Below, one piece after another: positions 37,874-47,612 of a stretch of DNA of 64,000 nt; position 1 is the stretch's first letter; every line of letters starts with the position of its first letter. The stretch is from NCBI GenBank assembly GCA_019424925.1, contig JAHYYO010000002.1, positions 8,918 to 72,917 of the forward strand. The letters run 5' to 3'. This stretch comes from Collinsella sp. Lineage in GTDB: Bacteria; Actinomycetota; Coriobacteriia; Coriobacteriales; Coriobacteriaceae. The position numbers were made by a program, and so were the translations under genes. The notes under the pieces are model-generated. The model was not told the origin of the DNA. It saw only the letters and a list, made by a program, of their open reading frames with translations, and searched no databases.

Positions 37874-40318
37874 CTAGGCGTGGTCGCGCCAGCTGCGGAC
37901 ACGCTGCTTCATGCCCTCTATGTCGAGCACGCCTTCGGCAAAGCCCTTGCGCACGAGCTCTTCGGGAACAAACTCGTCGTAGCGGTCAAAGTAAGGCACC
38001 TCGCCAGGATAGACGAGCTCGATGGGATCGAAGTCCTTCTCGGCCTCGGCGGCGAGCACCTCAAAGAACGTCTCCTCGTCGGCCTTCATCTTAAACTGCA
38101 TAAAGTACGGGCGTGACGAGTCGAGTCCGCGAAGGCCCAGCTCCGCGGCACATTTAATCTTGAGCATGCGCTCGAGCGCCAAAAAGGCGTAGCTGCCCAG
38201 CCAGGGGAAGAGCACCCAGGTATCGCCGCCCAGGTTGATGAGCGGCTTGGTTCCCGCACCCGAAATCTCGGCCGTATGACGAGCCTGTGCTAAGCGGGCC
38301 CGTGCGTTACCCATAAGGTACGGATATGCCGCGTGCTCGTTGAGCGCCTTGCGCATGCGCTCGAGTACGTGTGTATTGATGTCGCCGGGGCAGTCGCCAA
38401 AGTAGGCCGGCACCCGGCCCTTGACCTGCGTGGCAAAGACGGTGTGGCGCCTCCAGTCCACTTCCTCGACAATCCAGCAGTGTCCGGCGATGGCGATGCG
38501 CTCACCGGGCGGTGGCGGATTGACGATCGTGCCCAACTCGGCCGACTCGCTGCGAACGGTGAACTCCTCGTTTTCCTGGAATACGGCGTAGAACTTAAAG
38601 TTGTTAATGATGCGCTCACCCGCGAGACCCACGATGAGCCCACCGCCCTCGGTGACTTGGATATGGTCGATCTTAATGAGGTGACGCAGCAGTACGCGAT
38701 AGTCATCGGCCGAGATGCGATGGAAATAGCTGAGCGTGAGCACGCGCTGGGCAAGCTCTGCCGGCGTGAGCTCGCCGGTGCTGGCAAGCGTCGACATAGT
38801 CTGGTGGTAGAGCAGGCTGTAAGGGAGTCGATCGAGCTCGGGCGGCTCGACCCACTTTTCCTCGCGATAGAGTTGTACGAGCGCGATTCCCTGCAGGAGC
38901 TTCCACGGAATGGTCTCGGGCGTCATCGTGCGCGGCTCGGGCTCTTCCTCGCGCATGACAAACCACATCTCGGGCGGAAGGTCGCGGCGTCCTGTGCGCC
39001 CCATGCGCTGCAAAAAGGAGCTGACGGTAAACGGCGCGTCAATCTGGAAGGCGCGCTCCAGGCGGCCGATATCGATACCGAGCTCCAGCGTAGAGGTGGT
39101 GACGGTTGTCTGCGCCTGCTCCTCGTCGCGCATGAGCTCCTCGGCCGTCTCGCGCAGCGATGCCGAAAGGTTGCCGTGGTGGATGAGAAAGCGGTCGGGC
39201 TCGTGTCGACTTTCGCAGTAGCTGCGCAGCATGGAGCACACGGCCTCTGCCTCCTCGCGCGAGTTGGCAAAGACCAGGCACTTGCGGCCGCGCGTATGCT
39301 CAAAGATATAGCCCATACCGGGGTCGGCGTTGTCGGGTGCGGTGTCGGTGGGGTTGAGCAGTGCCTGTTCGGTTGCCTGCGGGATGTCGACTTCGCCCTC
39401 GGGGGCCGAGGAAGTGCGACGGTCTTTGGGAGCGGCCTTGCCCCGCGCCTGCTCGCGACGTTGACGGCGTTCTTCCTGTGCAAGCTGTCCGCTGTGGCAC
39501 ATGTCTTGTCCGGATGCGGGCAGCGCCGCGGGCGCCGCCGTCTCAATACGCTCGCACGCAAGCACTTCGGCCTCTTGAGGACCCGTGCTCTCGAATCCCC
39601 GCTGCTGTGCCTGGGGACCCGAGTTGTAGAAGTGCTCCATGGAGATGCGCCACACGCGGCGCGGTTCTTCAAAGCGGGGAATAACGCAGTCGCGCCCCGT
39701 TTCCTGTGAGAGAAAAGCGCCCGTGCGCTCGGGGTCGCCGATGGTGGCAGAAAGGCCGATGCGTCGAGGCTGCACGCCGGCCATGCGCGAGAGCCGCTCG
39801 ATAAGGCAGAGCGTCTGCCCGCCACGGTCGCCGCGCATGAGCGAGTGGACCTCATCGATGACCACGTAGCGCAGGTCGCAAAACATGCGCGGGATCGCCA
39901 TGTGCTTATGGATTAAGAGCGCCTCGAGCGATTCGGGCGTAATCTGCAAGATGCCGCTCGGCTTTTTAATGAGCTTTGCCTTGTGCGACTGCGAGACGTC
40001 GCCATGCCAGTGCCAGACGGGGATATCTGCCTCTTCGCACAGGTCGTTGAGGCGAACGAACTGGTCGTTGATGAGTGCTTTGAGGGGGCCAATGTAGAGG
40101 GCGCCCACGCTCGCGGGCGGGTTCTCCCAAAACTCGGTCAGGATGGGAAAGAAGGCCGCCTCAGTTTTGCCAGATGCCGTGGATGCCGTCAGGAGCACAT
40201 TGTCTTGCGTGTTGAAGATGGCATCTGCCGCCGCAACCTGGATGGAGCGCAGACTCTCCCAATCGTGGGAGTAGATGAAGTCTTGGATAAACGGGGCATA
40301 TCGGTCAAAGGCGTTCAT
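37874..40318 (-). CDS. Lhr-like DEAD/DEAH helicase (Shango SngC-like)
   Basis: TASGKT, PLKALINDQ, DEVH, LSAT, TLELGIDIG, QRMGRTGR; GAGGAGG RBS. Confidence 0.85.
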   Translation of the reverse strand: MNAFDRYAPFIQDFIYSHDWESLRSIQVAAADAIFNTQDNVLLTASTASGKTEAAFFPILTEFWENPPASVGALYIGPLKALINDQFVRLNDLCEEADIPVWHWHGDVSQSHKAKLIKKPSGILQITPESLEALLIHKHMAIPRMFCDLRYVVIDEVHSLMRGDRGGQTLCLIERLSRMAGVQPRRIGLSATIGDPERTGAFLSQETGRDCVIPRFEEPRRVWRISMEHFYNSGPQAQQRGFESTGPQEAEVLACERIETAAPAALPASGQDMCHSGQLAQEERRQRREQARGKAAPKDRRTSSAPEGEVDIPQATEQALLNPTDTAPDNADPGMGYIFEHTRGRKCLVFANSREEAEAVCSMLRSYCESRHEPDRFLIHHGNLSASLRETAEELMRDEEQAQTTVTTSTLELGIDIGRLERAFQIDAPFTVSSFLQRMGRTGRRDLPPEMWFVMREEEPEPRTMTPETIPWKLLQGIALVQLYREEKWVEPPELDRLPYSLLYHQTMSTLASTGELTPAELAQRVLTLSYFHRISADDYRVLLRHLIKIDHIQVTEGGGLIVGLAGERIINNFKFYAVFQENEEFTVRSESAELGTIVNPPPPGERIAIAGHCWIVEEVDWRRHTVFATQVKGRVPAYFGDCPGDINTHVLERMRKALNEHAAYPYLMGNARARLAQARHTAEISGAGTKPLINLGGDTWVLFPWLGSYAFLALERMLKIKCAAELGLRGLDSSRPYFMQFKMKADEETFFEVLAAEAEKDFDPIELVYPGEVPYFDRYDEFVPEELVRKGFAEGVLDIEGMKQRVRSWRDHA

Positions 40319-40399
40319 GGGACCTCCTCTCAACAACGGGCTGATCAACGCAACGGGCAACGGCTCGATATCTTGCAACATCGGCGTTTGCCCAGATAA

Positions 40400-40436
40400 A
40401 ACCTGCCAAAATAAACCTGTCCCTTTTTGGCAGGTT
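40400..40436. repeat. REP-like hairpin with GGGACAGG centre (minus strand)
   Basis: AACCTGCCAAAA-taaacctgtccct-TTTTGGCAGGTT. Confidence 0.6.
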
Positions 40437-41739
40437 AGATGGTGAACTCGGCGAAGTTGCGGTCGCCGCCTGCGGTGCCGGTGTCGTCTGTTGCGGCTGC
40501 CGGCGCCAGCGCGTCGCCACCGACGCTTTGCAGTAACTCGGCCACGTTAGCATCGGGGTTTTGACACAGGATATCGAGCAGTTCGATAAAGTCGCGGATG
40601 ACCTCGCGGGGCGTCAGATGCGTGTCGGCCCCCACGCGGCCAAACTCAATCTTGAGGAAGTCCACCAAGTCGTTCTCGGTAAGCGTGGGCGTCCAGCCAA
40701 AGTAGCCGGCGTGAATTTGCATGAGCTTTTCGATGAGCACCAGCAGCTCCTCGTAGGTGAGCGGCTGCAGGCGGATGATGGGCGCGAGCATGTCTTTGAG
40801 ATCATCGCGCGCAAAACGGCCCTGAGCGAGACGGCTCCGAAGGGCCTCGTAGGAAAAGACGCCGCGGCGGCGGTCCTCGATAGAGGTCGGCGTGCCGCCC
40901 ATGATCACGCCCAGGTACTGCGCTTTGCCCTGGAGCGTGTCGTTGTACATGGTCAGGATCTTCTCGTAGTTATATTGGCGCGTGATCGCGTTGGGAATCT
41001 TGTATAGATTCACGAGCTCGTCGATGAGCACCAACATGCCCTTGTAGCCGCTGCAGACCAAAAAGCGCGCAATGAGCTTAACGTAGTCGTACCAGTCGTC
41101 GTCGCTGATGATGGTCGAGGAGCCTAGCTCGGCGCGCGCCTCGCTCTTGGTGCGGTACTCGCCGCGAATCCATTTGGTCACGCGGCTCATGGCGTCTTCG
41201 TCGCCCTCGGATACGGCCGTGCGATAACGGCGGAGCATGCGGACAAAGTCAAAGCCGTGGACCATCTCCTCGAGCGGGGCCAGTTGGGCATTAACGGCAG
41301 ACTCATCGGCGTCGGCACACGAGGCGACCCAGCGATCCAGGATAAGGTTGAGCGCGCCACCCTCGGGGCGCGTCTTGGTCGATATGTTGCGGATGAGCTC
41401 GCGATAGGTGGCGAGGCCCTGGCCCTGGCCGCCCTGTAGACGGCGTTCGGGGGAAAGGTCGGCATCGGCGACCACAAAGCCTTCGCCCATGGCATGCGTT
41501 CGGATGGTCTGGAGCAAAAAGCTCTTGCCGGCGCCGTAGCGACCGACTAGAAAACGGAAGCTTGCGCCGCCATCGGCGATGAGGCTCAGGTCGGTGAGCA
41601 GAGCACGGATCTCGACCTCGCGCCCTACGGTGATGTAAGGAAGGCCGATGCGCGGGACCACGCCGCCCTTGAGCGAGTTGAGAATGACGGCGGCGACGCG
41701 CTTGGGCACGCGGGGTGCTGCGGATGCGGTATCACTCAT
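40435..41739 (-). CDS. DUF2791-type P-loop ATPase (Shango SngB-like)
   Basis: SLKGGVVPRIGL, Walker A GRYGAGKS, Walker B LVLIDE, YEALRSRL, TPREVIRDF. Confidence 0.85.
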   Translation of the reverse strand: MSDTASAAPRVPKRVAAVILNSLKGGVVPRIGLPYITVGREVEIRALLTDLSLIADGGASFRFLVGRYGAGKSFLLQTIRTHAMGEGFVVADADLSPERRLQGGQGQGLATYRELIRNISTKTRPEGGALNLILDRWVASCADADESAVNAQLAPLEEMVHGFDFVRMLRRYRTAVSEGDEDAMSRVTKWIRGEYRTKSEARAELGSSTIISDDDWYDYVKLIARFLVCSGYKGMLVLIDELVNLYKIPNAITRQYNYEKILTMYNDTLQGKAQYLGVIMGGTPTSIEDRRRGVFSYEALRSRLAQGRFARDDLKDMLAPIIRLQPLTYEELLVLIEKLMQIHAGYFGWTPTLTENDLVDFLKIEFGRVGADTHLTPREVIRDFIELLDILCQNPDANVAELLQSVGGDALAPAAATDDTGTAGGDRNFAEFTI

Positions 41740-43486
41740 GGTCTAGGTATCCTCTCACGTCTGCTTCGTAGTCCTCGATAATCTGCGGCCCTGCCGCGCC
41801 AAATTCAATTACGGTGTCTCCCACCAGGTCAAAGAGCGCCTCGTTGATGGTATCGACAAGCATGTCCTCACTCTGCTCCGATTGCACTACCGCCGATTCC
41901 GCCTGTACTGCGTTGTGCTCGAGCAGCGCGCGGAGATAGGCGTCTGCGGCGGGCGCGAGTTCGTTTGTGGCGTCAGCGGGCGTAGCAGCTGCGAACGCGG
42001 GCGTCGGCGCGAGAAGCGGTGCCACGACACCAAACTGTTCGGTGGATATGGTCGGCTCGTCGGACTCGTCCTGCCCTGCAGCCGCCGCGACCGCCTCGAC
42101 CATCGCGTCGGCTACGGGCTCGGCTTCCGGTTGCCCTGAGTCCGCTGCCTCGGCTTCTGCGGACGCGCCGTCCTCGCGTTCCTCGTCAATCAAAAGCGCC
42201 TCGCGCGTTTGTGCGGCGGCGCTCCGAATATGCCCCAGCTGACTCAGATCGATATCGATCTTGACGGGCTGGTGTGCGGCGTCCCACGAAAGCCATGCCA
42301 CAATCTCGTCATCGATAATCTTGGCCAGATATTTGGGGACCTTTTCTTCCTTAAGGGGATGGGCAGGGTCCAGCGCCAGGCGCAGGCGTTGGTCGCAGGC
42401 GCGCATCATCTCGCCAAGTTTGCTGCTCTTTTGCCTACTACCGTGGATACGCATGCATTCCCAAAAGCCGTTTTGGCAACGGTAGATATGGATGGGGTCC
42501 AGACGGTATTCGCAGTCCTCGTGGCGCTCGGGCGCAAAGAATACGGCCGAGGCAAACATGGTGTAGGGCATGGCCGTCTCCTCCCCAAATAAACTTGCCA
42601 CGATGCCGGTCTTTCGGTGCGTGTCATAGTAGCGCACCATGCGGACATACACGGCGCACGCCACGTGGCGCAGATCACGGTGGTGGCTGCGGTCGAGCCG
42701 CGAGCTACTTAGGTTGTACGTGGAGAGGGCGTTGATGGCGGCCATGAGTCGCTCCTCGCGCACCTCATCGGGCGGAAGGGGGAGCGTGGGCTCGGAGGTT
42801 TTGCGACGCTTAGGGGTCTGGCCGGACGGTGCCGGTACAAGGTCTCGTGCCGCGCGCCGCAGTTCGATAAGGGCGTTATCGAACATGACGGTTTTAGAGT
42901 CGCGAAGCAGCTTGGGGTCGAGCCCGTGGAACACGGCGTAATCTTGCAGCCACACGCGCGCAAACCGGTCGATGCCGGGCTCGAAGGCGCGATAGACATC
43001 CCAAAAAGCCTTGATCTTGTTAAAACCATCGAGTGGATTATCTACGCCAATGCCGCAGATCAGCTCATAGAGATACAGAAAGGCAAAGGACGTAGACGTT
43101 TCCTCGACGGTTCCGCGGCGCACTTGGGCACGCCAAGTAAAGTAGCCGCGCAGTTGCCGGTCGCTCATGGCGTTGTAGGTGGGAAAGTACGACTTAAAGG
43201 TGCCGTTGTAGGGACAGTCGTCCTCAAAGTCGGCCATCAGCAGGCCCTGGCGGTAAAAAAGCTCGGCTTCCGAAAGCCAGCGGCCCGCACCGCCCTTGGG
43301 GTCATCCTGCCAGCGCGATATCTCGCGCATTTTACGGTACTGATCGGGGAGGAAATTCTGCATCTGTCGGCCGGTTTTGAGAATCGGCTCGTCTGCGTAG
43401 GTTTCGTTTGAGAAGCGGGCGGACTGATGGGTCCGGGCCTCGGCCATAATGCGCTCGATGAGCATCTTGATGTCCTGGTCGGCCAC
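41732..43486 (-). CDS. TerB-N/TerB-C domain protein (Shango SngA-like)
   Basis: YFPTYNAMSDRQLRGYFTWR and FLYLYELI (TerB-N); VDTINEALFDLVGDTVIE (TerB-C); GAGGAGG RBS. Confidence 0.82.
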   Translation of the reverse strand: MADQDIKMLIERIMAEARTHQSARFSNETYADEPILKTGRQMQNFLPDQYRKMREISRWQDDPKGGAGRWLSEAELFYRQGLLMADFEDDCPYNGTFKSYFPTYNAMSDRQLRGYFTWRAQVRRGTVEETSTSFAFLYLYELICGIGVDNPLDGFNKIKAFWDVYRAFEPGIDRFARVWLQDYAVFHGLDPKLLRDSKTVMFDNALIELRRAARDLVPAPSGQTPKRRKTSEPTLPLPPDEVREERLMAAINALSTYNLSSSRLDRSHHRDLRHVACAVYVRMVRYYDTHRKTGIVASLFGEETAMPYTMFASAVFFAPERHEDCEYRLDPIHIYRCQNGFWECMRIHGSRQKSSKLGEMMRACDQRLRLALDPAHPLKEEKVPKYLAKIIDDEIVAWLSWDAAHQPVKIDIDLSQLGHIRSAAAQTREALLIDEEREDGASAEAEAADSGQPEAEPVADAMVEAVAAAAGQDESDEPTISTEQFGVVAPLLAPTPAFAAATPADATNELAPAADAYLRALLEHNAVQAESAVVQSEQSEDMLVDTINEALFDLVGDTVIEFGAAGPQIIEDYEADVRGYLDHE

Positions 43487-43536
43487 CGCTCCTCCTCTCG
43501 AACGCAGCTACGGTGACCTCATATCATAGCACAGCA

Positions 43537-43552
43537 TCAAACAGATGTTCGA
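43537..43552 (-). promoter_or_regulatory. LexA (SOS) box
   Basis: Minus strand TCGAACATCTGTTTGA, one mismatch from TCGAAC-N4-GTTCGA, just upstream of an extended -10 TGCTATGAT. Confidence 0.7.
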
Positions 43553-43573
43553 GATACCGCTGCGTTGCTAGAT

Positions 43574-44290
43574 TTAGAACAGGAGGGCGTATATGACGGC
43601 GATGACGACGGAGGGAAGCATATTGGCCGTGCGGAAGGTCTGAGGACGGATGAGGTTGACGCCGACGCAGAAGATGAGCATGGAGCCTACGAGCGAAAGG
43701 CTGTTGAGGGCTGCTGTGGTCATGATGGGGGAGAGCGCGCCGGCAAACAACGTGATCGTCCCCTGGAACACGGCGACGGGCAGGGCGGAGAAGATGCAGC
43801 CGCGGCCAAGCGAGGCCGTCATGGTGCAGACGATGATGCAGTCCAGTGCGCCCTTGAGGGCAAGCGTTGACCAGTCGCCGAGCAGGCCGTCCTGGATCGA
43901 TCCCACAATGGCCATGGCGCCGATGCACACGGTGAGTGAAGTCGAGACAAAAGCGTTGGTGAACTCGTTATCGCCCTCACTGCCAGTCTTGCGCTTGAGC
44001 CATTCGCCAAGGTTCTCGATGGCGGCCTCCAAGTTGATGGCCTCGCCGATGAGCGAACCGAGCGCAAATGAGACGATGAGCATGGTGGTACCGGTGGTCG
44101 CTAGCGCCTTTCCATCGATGATGAGCATCTTTTGCATGGTGCCGCCCAGGCCGATAAACAGGACGCACAGCCCCGATGCTTTCATGAGCGTGTCTTGGAT
44201 GCGCGGTGTAATGAAGCGGCCGCCCGCTAATCCCAAAAGACCGCCCGCAACTAAAAGCGCAACGTTGATGATTGTTCCCAAGCCCGGCAT
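43574..44290 (-). CDS. DUF554 (YdfK-like) membrane protein
   Basis: GTIIN, CIGAMAIVGSIQDGL, KGALD, ANMLP; AGGAGG RBS. Confidence 0.85.
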   Translation of the reverse strand: MPGLGTIINVALLVAGGLLGLAGGRFITPRIQDTLMKASGLCVLFIGLGGTMQKMLIIDGKALATTGTTMLIVSFALGSLIGEAINLEAAIENLGEWLKRKTGSEGDNEFTNAFVSTSLTVCIGAMAIVGSIQDGLLGDWSTLALKGALDCIIVCTMTASLGRGCIFSALPVAVFQGTITLFAGALSPIMTTAALNSLSLVGSMLIFCVGVNLIRPQTFRTANMLPSVVIAVIYALLF

Positions 44291-44408
44291 GAGCCCTCCT
44301 GTATTGATGCCAACGTGGCAATCGTAGCAGAACGAAATGCGAGGCACATCGCGACTCATCTAATACGTTATATAAGTGGTATTAGGAATGATGCGCAGCA
44401 TTTAAGCC

Positions 44409-45839
44409 TCAGGTGGTTGTCGGGACATAGGGGTAGTAGTCAAAGCGCAGTGTCATAAGCCGCTGCGGGGATTCAATAGCCGCGGCGATGATATTGGCAT
44501 CGCGGGCACGATCAAACCCTTCGAGTTCGATCTGATACGAGACGTCTTGCATAATGTCCAGACGTCGCCAGGCTAGAAGTGTGTCGCCATCGAATTCCAA
44601 GGTCTTGCCTCCGTCTGGGGCAACGGCGTATAGACGCAGTTTAGCGGTGGTTGCAGGGTCGACAACCGTGACCTTTTTAATTTCGTTTCGAGTATTCTTG
44701 GCGCCCAACAAGGTGAGCAGTGTTGGGGCCACGACCTCGCCCGATGGCAAAAAGACGACTTCGATGGATTCGGGAAATGCGATGATGGCCGACTTGCGGA
44801 CGGGCTGATTGGCGGCGGCAACTTCGATGTTTGCAGCATCGATGACCTCTGTGTGGTCGAGGGCGGCAAGCACGCAGCAGTTACCTTCATCGATCTCCTG
44901 AGGATCAGCAAGTCCCAGACTGTCCGCGAGCTCGGGATCGTTTGGACCGGTAGCGGGCTCATTCGGTGCTTCGAAAGAAGCTGGGACGCTGTTTGTCGGC
45001 GACGGCGTGTCGCCCGCACCTGCTTCTTTGTCCGTGCTCTCTTCTTGTATGGTTGCGTTGATGGGTTCGTCGTTTGAGGGGAGCGTCTTGGCGTCAAGCG
45101 CGGAGGGGACAATCCCGATGGCTCCGGATCCGTTCCACTCCATCTCGAGAAGCGCCGGGTCGGCAAGAATGCGTTGCCTGCCTAGCGTGTGGGTATCGAT
45201 CGCAATAGGGCCTGCCTCCGTCCCGCGCGTAAGGCTGAGCGATCCGGCCGGCTTCTCGAAATGAGCGTCTGTGTCTTTGGTGCTGACGGCGTAGAACAGC
45301 AGGGATGCTTCTCCCGCCGCGATGGCATCGGTGCCCGCCTTGGTCAGCCGCAGCGATGCCGTGAATGAGAGGGTGGGCTGCACATCGTCTGCATTCGCGG
45401 CGGCGCAGCCCAGACATATACCGCCTCCTTTCTCGAAAAACGCACCGTCGAAGGCGACCTTCGCTCCGTTCGCCGAGTCATCGACCGAAGCGATATCGAT
45501 GCGCAACCCCAAATCGCACGGATCGCCATCTGCATCGAGCACAATCGAGCGCCATGTGCAGACGGCGCACCCCGCCTGGGAGCCGTTTGCCTTGTTCGAA
45601 CGATTGATATCCACGACTATCGAGCCGTCCGTATTACGACGAAGGCATCCCGAGGTTGAGATTGCGGCCTGTGCGAACGAAAAACGCTTGCACGCAATGG
45701 CGCTCGACGGATTTGGTGCGGAGCTTAGGGCTGCTGGTAAGGAGTCTGCCATGACGGGAGTCGCCCAAGCGGCGACAGGCGTTCCGGTTGCGAGCGCGCC
45801 GCAGAGTGCGACGACGGGCAAAAGGTTCTTCGATGCCAT
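44409..45839 (-). CDS. Secreted protein of unknown function
   Basis: Signal-peptide-like MASKNLLPVVALCGALATGTPVAAWA; AAGGAG RBS. Confidence 0.65.
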   Translation of the reverse strand: MASKNLLPVVALCGALATGTPVAAWATPVMADSLPAALSSAPNPSSAIACKRFSFAQAAISTSGCLRRNTDGSIVVDINRSNKANGSQAGCAVCTWRSIVLDADGDPCDLGLRIDIASVDDSANGAKVAFDGAFFEKGGGICLGCAAANADDVQPTLSFTASLRLTKAGTDAIAAGEASLLFYAVSTKDTDAHFEKPAGSLSLTRGTEAGPIAIDTHTLGRQRILADPALLEMEWNGSGAIGIVPSALDAKTLPSNDEPINATIQEESTDKEAGAGDTPSPTNSVPASFEAPNEPATGPNDPELADSLGLADPQEIDEGNCCVLAALDHTEVIDAANIEVAAANQPVRKSAIIAFPESIEVVFLPSGEVVAPTLLTLLGAKNTRNEIKKVTVVDPATTAKLRLYAVAPDGGKTLEFDGDTLLAWRRLDIMQDVSYQIELEGFDRARDANIIAAAIESPQRLMTLRFDYYPYVPTTT

Positions 45840-45857
45840 GGGGTCTCCTTAGCTAAT

Positions 45858-46136
45858 TTAGTGCGGCCTGTCCGTGTTTCGTTTCTGGCTGCGTTTGATG
45901 TGCAGACCGAGGCCGGCGGTTCCCGCACCTGCTGCCGTGGCGCCTGCTGCCAAGAGCCATCGTCTGTCGTCTGTCTGTGCCAACGGTTCCTTGCAGTTGC
46001 CGCGGTCGAGCTCCGAGAGGTCGACCGTCACTTGCGTGGCGGCCTGCGCCTGTTCTTGCTGGGCAAAGGCCATGGCTGGCCCAAACGCTAGGATACTGAC
46101 GGCGGCCAGGGCGACGGCCTTATGCCGTGTGCGCAC
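45858..46136 (-). CDS. Small secreted protein with sortase-like sorting signal
   Basis: Signal peptide, then LAQTD, hydrophobic stretch and basic tail; start uncertain. Confidence 0.55.
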   Translation of the reverse strand: MRTRHKAVALAAVSILAFGPAMAFAQQEQAQAATQVTVDLSELDRGNCKEPLAQTDDRRWLLAAGATAAGAGTAGLGLHIKRSQKRNTDRPH

Positions 46137-46719
46137 CGGGCTCGACCGTCCAGGTGATCGTTGCAACCTGATCGCCTTCGCCGGTTACGCGGAAGATGTC
46201 GCGCGTGACGCGGGCGACGTTTCCGCTTGTCTTGAGCTTAATTTTGTCCGTGCCGCCGGCAATGCCCTGGTAGCCCATGTCGAAGGCTGCATTCTTGGAA
46301 AGATCGAGGCCCGTCTCCTGCATTGCGGCGCTGGCGTTCTGGAGTGCGCCGTCGGGGCCGACCTTAAAGTCGATGGAATTCTGCGCGGTTCCGGCCTTGG
46401 CGTCGGCGGCAATGGTCCAGGTGTTCATGGCGTCGATCTTCATGTTGGTGACATGGATGCCGTAGGCCGAATGATTGTCGATGGTGGTCGCGTCTTCTGA
46501 GGGGCCCTGAAGCGTGCCGTCGGCCTTGGCGACGAAGGGAATAACCGTCGGAACTTTGAACTCTACGTTGTCGATCTCGGTCCTGACCATTACTTTCGTG
46601 GTTCCAACGCGCCCGGCTGCCAGAGCTGGCGTCGGGGCGGCGCCCATTGCGAGCGCGAGCGCGAGCCCTGCGCCCACGACGAGCGCTCTGGCTCCGTTCA
46701 TGTTCCTGGTGATGTCCAT
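46120..46719 (-). CDS. Secreted beta-rich protein (WxL/pilin-like architecture)
   Basis: Signal peptide ending ALA; C-terminal ATITWTVE; AAAGGA RBS. Confidence 0.6.
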   Translation of the reverse strand: MDITRNMNGARALVVGAGLALALAMGAAPTPALAAGRVGTTKVMVRTEIDNVEFKVPTVIPFVAKADGTLQGPSEDATTIDNHSAYGIHVTNMKIDAMNTWTIAADAKAGTAQNSIDFKVGPDGALQNASAAMQETGLDLSKNAAFDMGYQGIAGGTDKIKLKTSGNVARVTRDIFRVTGEGDQVATITWTVEPGAHTA

Positions 46720-46809
46720 GGTCGTTCCTTTCTATTCGCCGCGGGCCGTCCCCGCGATGATTGGACGAATGCTGGTGAATTGCGTGCGGTGTCGCGTCGG
46801 CCGAAAAAG

Positions 46810-47319
46810 CTAGTTCTCGGCTTGCTCAACCCGTACCTTGACACGTGTCGGATTGCCGTGGCTGTCGAGGGTCTTGGCATCGAGTGCCTGGATCTCGATG
46901 TATGCCTCTCCTTCTTTGATGTCGCCGGCGGGGCACGTCTCGATTGTCTTGCCGGTCTCGACCACACCGGATTCGTACATGGTCTCGTCGTTTTGGATGA
47001 CGCGGAATCGCTGGGGAAATTTATTGTCTTGGACGTTTTGCACGTTGACGCGCAGCTTGCCGTCCTCCTGTAGCTGAGCGACCGGCGCGACCGAAATCGT
47101 CATCATGTTGTCGCGGACGATGGCATCGAGCTCATCTTGGATTTCTTGTCGCGATTTACCCTCTGCCGTCGTGACTGAGGCGCCCGCTTCGGGCACGGGC
47201 TGCGACTGCCAGGCGTATAGCCCTACGGCGATGAGGGCGCAGGCGATGGCCAGGCAGACAACGACGAGTTTCTTGCGACGCCCCAGTCCTGCGAGGCGGG
47301 GCGGCTTCTTCGCACTCAT
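46810..47319 (-). CDS. Membrane-anchored extracellular protein
   Basis: Basic N-terminus plus TM, then Ig-like segment VQNVQDNKF...MYESG. Confidence 0.65.
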   Translation of the reverse strand: MSAKKPPRLAGLGRRKKLVVVCLAIACALIAVGLYAWQSQPVPEAGASVTTAEGKSRQEIQDELDAIVRDNMMTISVAPVAQLQEDGKLRVNVQNVQDNKFPQRFRVIQNDETMYESGVVETGKTIETCPAGDIKEGEAYIEIQALDAKTLDSHGNPTRVKVRVEQAEN

Positions 47320-47612
47320 GCGGCGTCCTTGGTGGTGTAGACACGTGCGAACGTGGACGGGTCCGCTCCAAAGAGCATGTGAAGCATCAGGCGGCGCGAG
47401 TAGATGAGCTCGTCAAAGTCGTGAGGGAGCTCGATGTCGTGGATACGCGCGATGTGGTGGGCGAGCGCCGAGAACGACTCGGGGTCGCAGATAACATCGG
47501 TGGTGACGTGGTAGACCGCCGTATCGGGGAACGCCTCTTCGTCGAAAGGCAGGAGATAGGGATCGTCGTCGACCTCGATGGCGACGCCGTACTGGGGCCA
47601 GTAATATGCCAT
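47316..47612 (-). CDS. Short DUF559-like protein or remnant
   Basis: YWPQYGVAIEVD resembles the DUF559 C-terminal core; GGGAGG RBS; overlaps the next start (ATGA). Confidence 0.5.
   Translation of the reverse strand: MAYYWPQYGVAIEVDDDPYLLPFDEEAFPDTAVYHVTTDVICDPESFSALAHHIARIHDIELPHDFDELIYSRRLMLHMLFGADPSTFARVYTTKDAA

Noticed and set aside
44360..44385. dif site or island attachment site (CTAATAC...GTATTAG)
   Set aside because: Lacks the XerD arm TTATGT; more simply a promoter or operator palindrome for the DUF554 gene.
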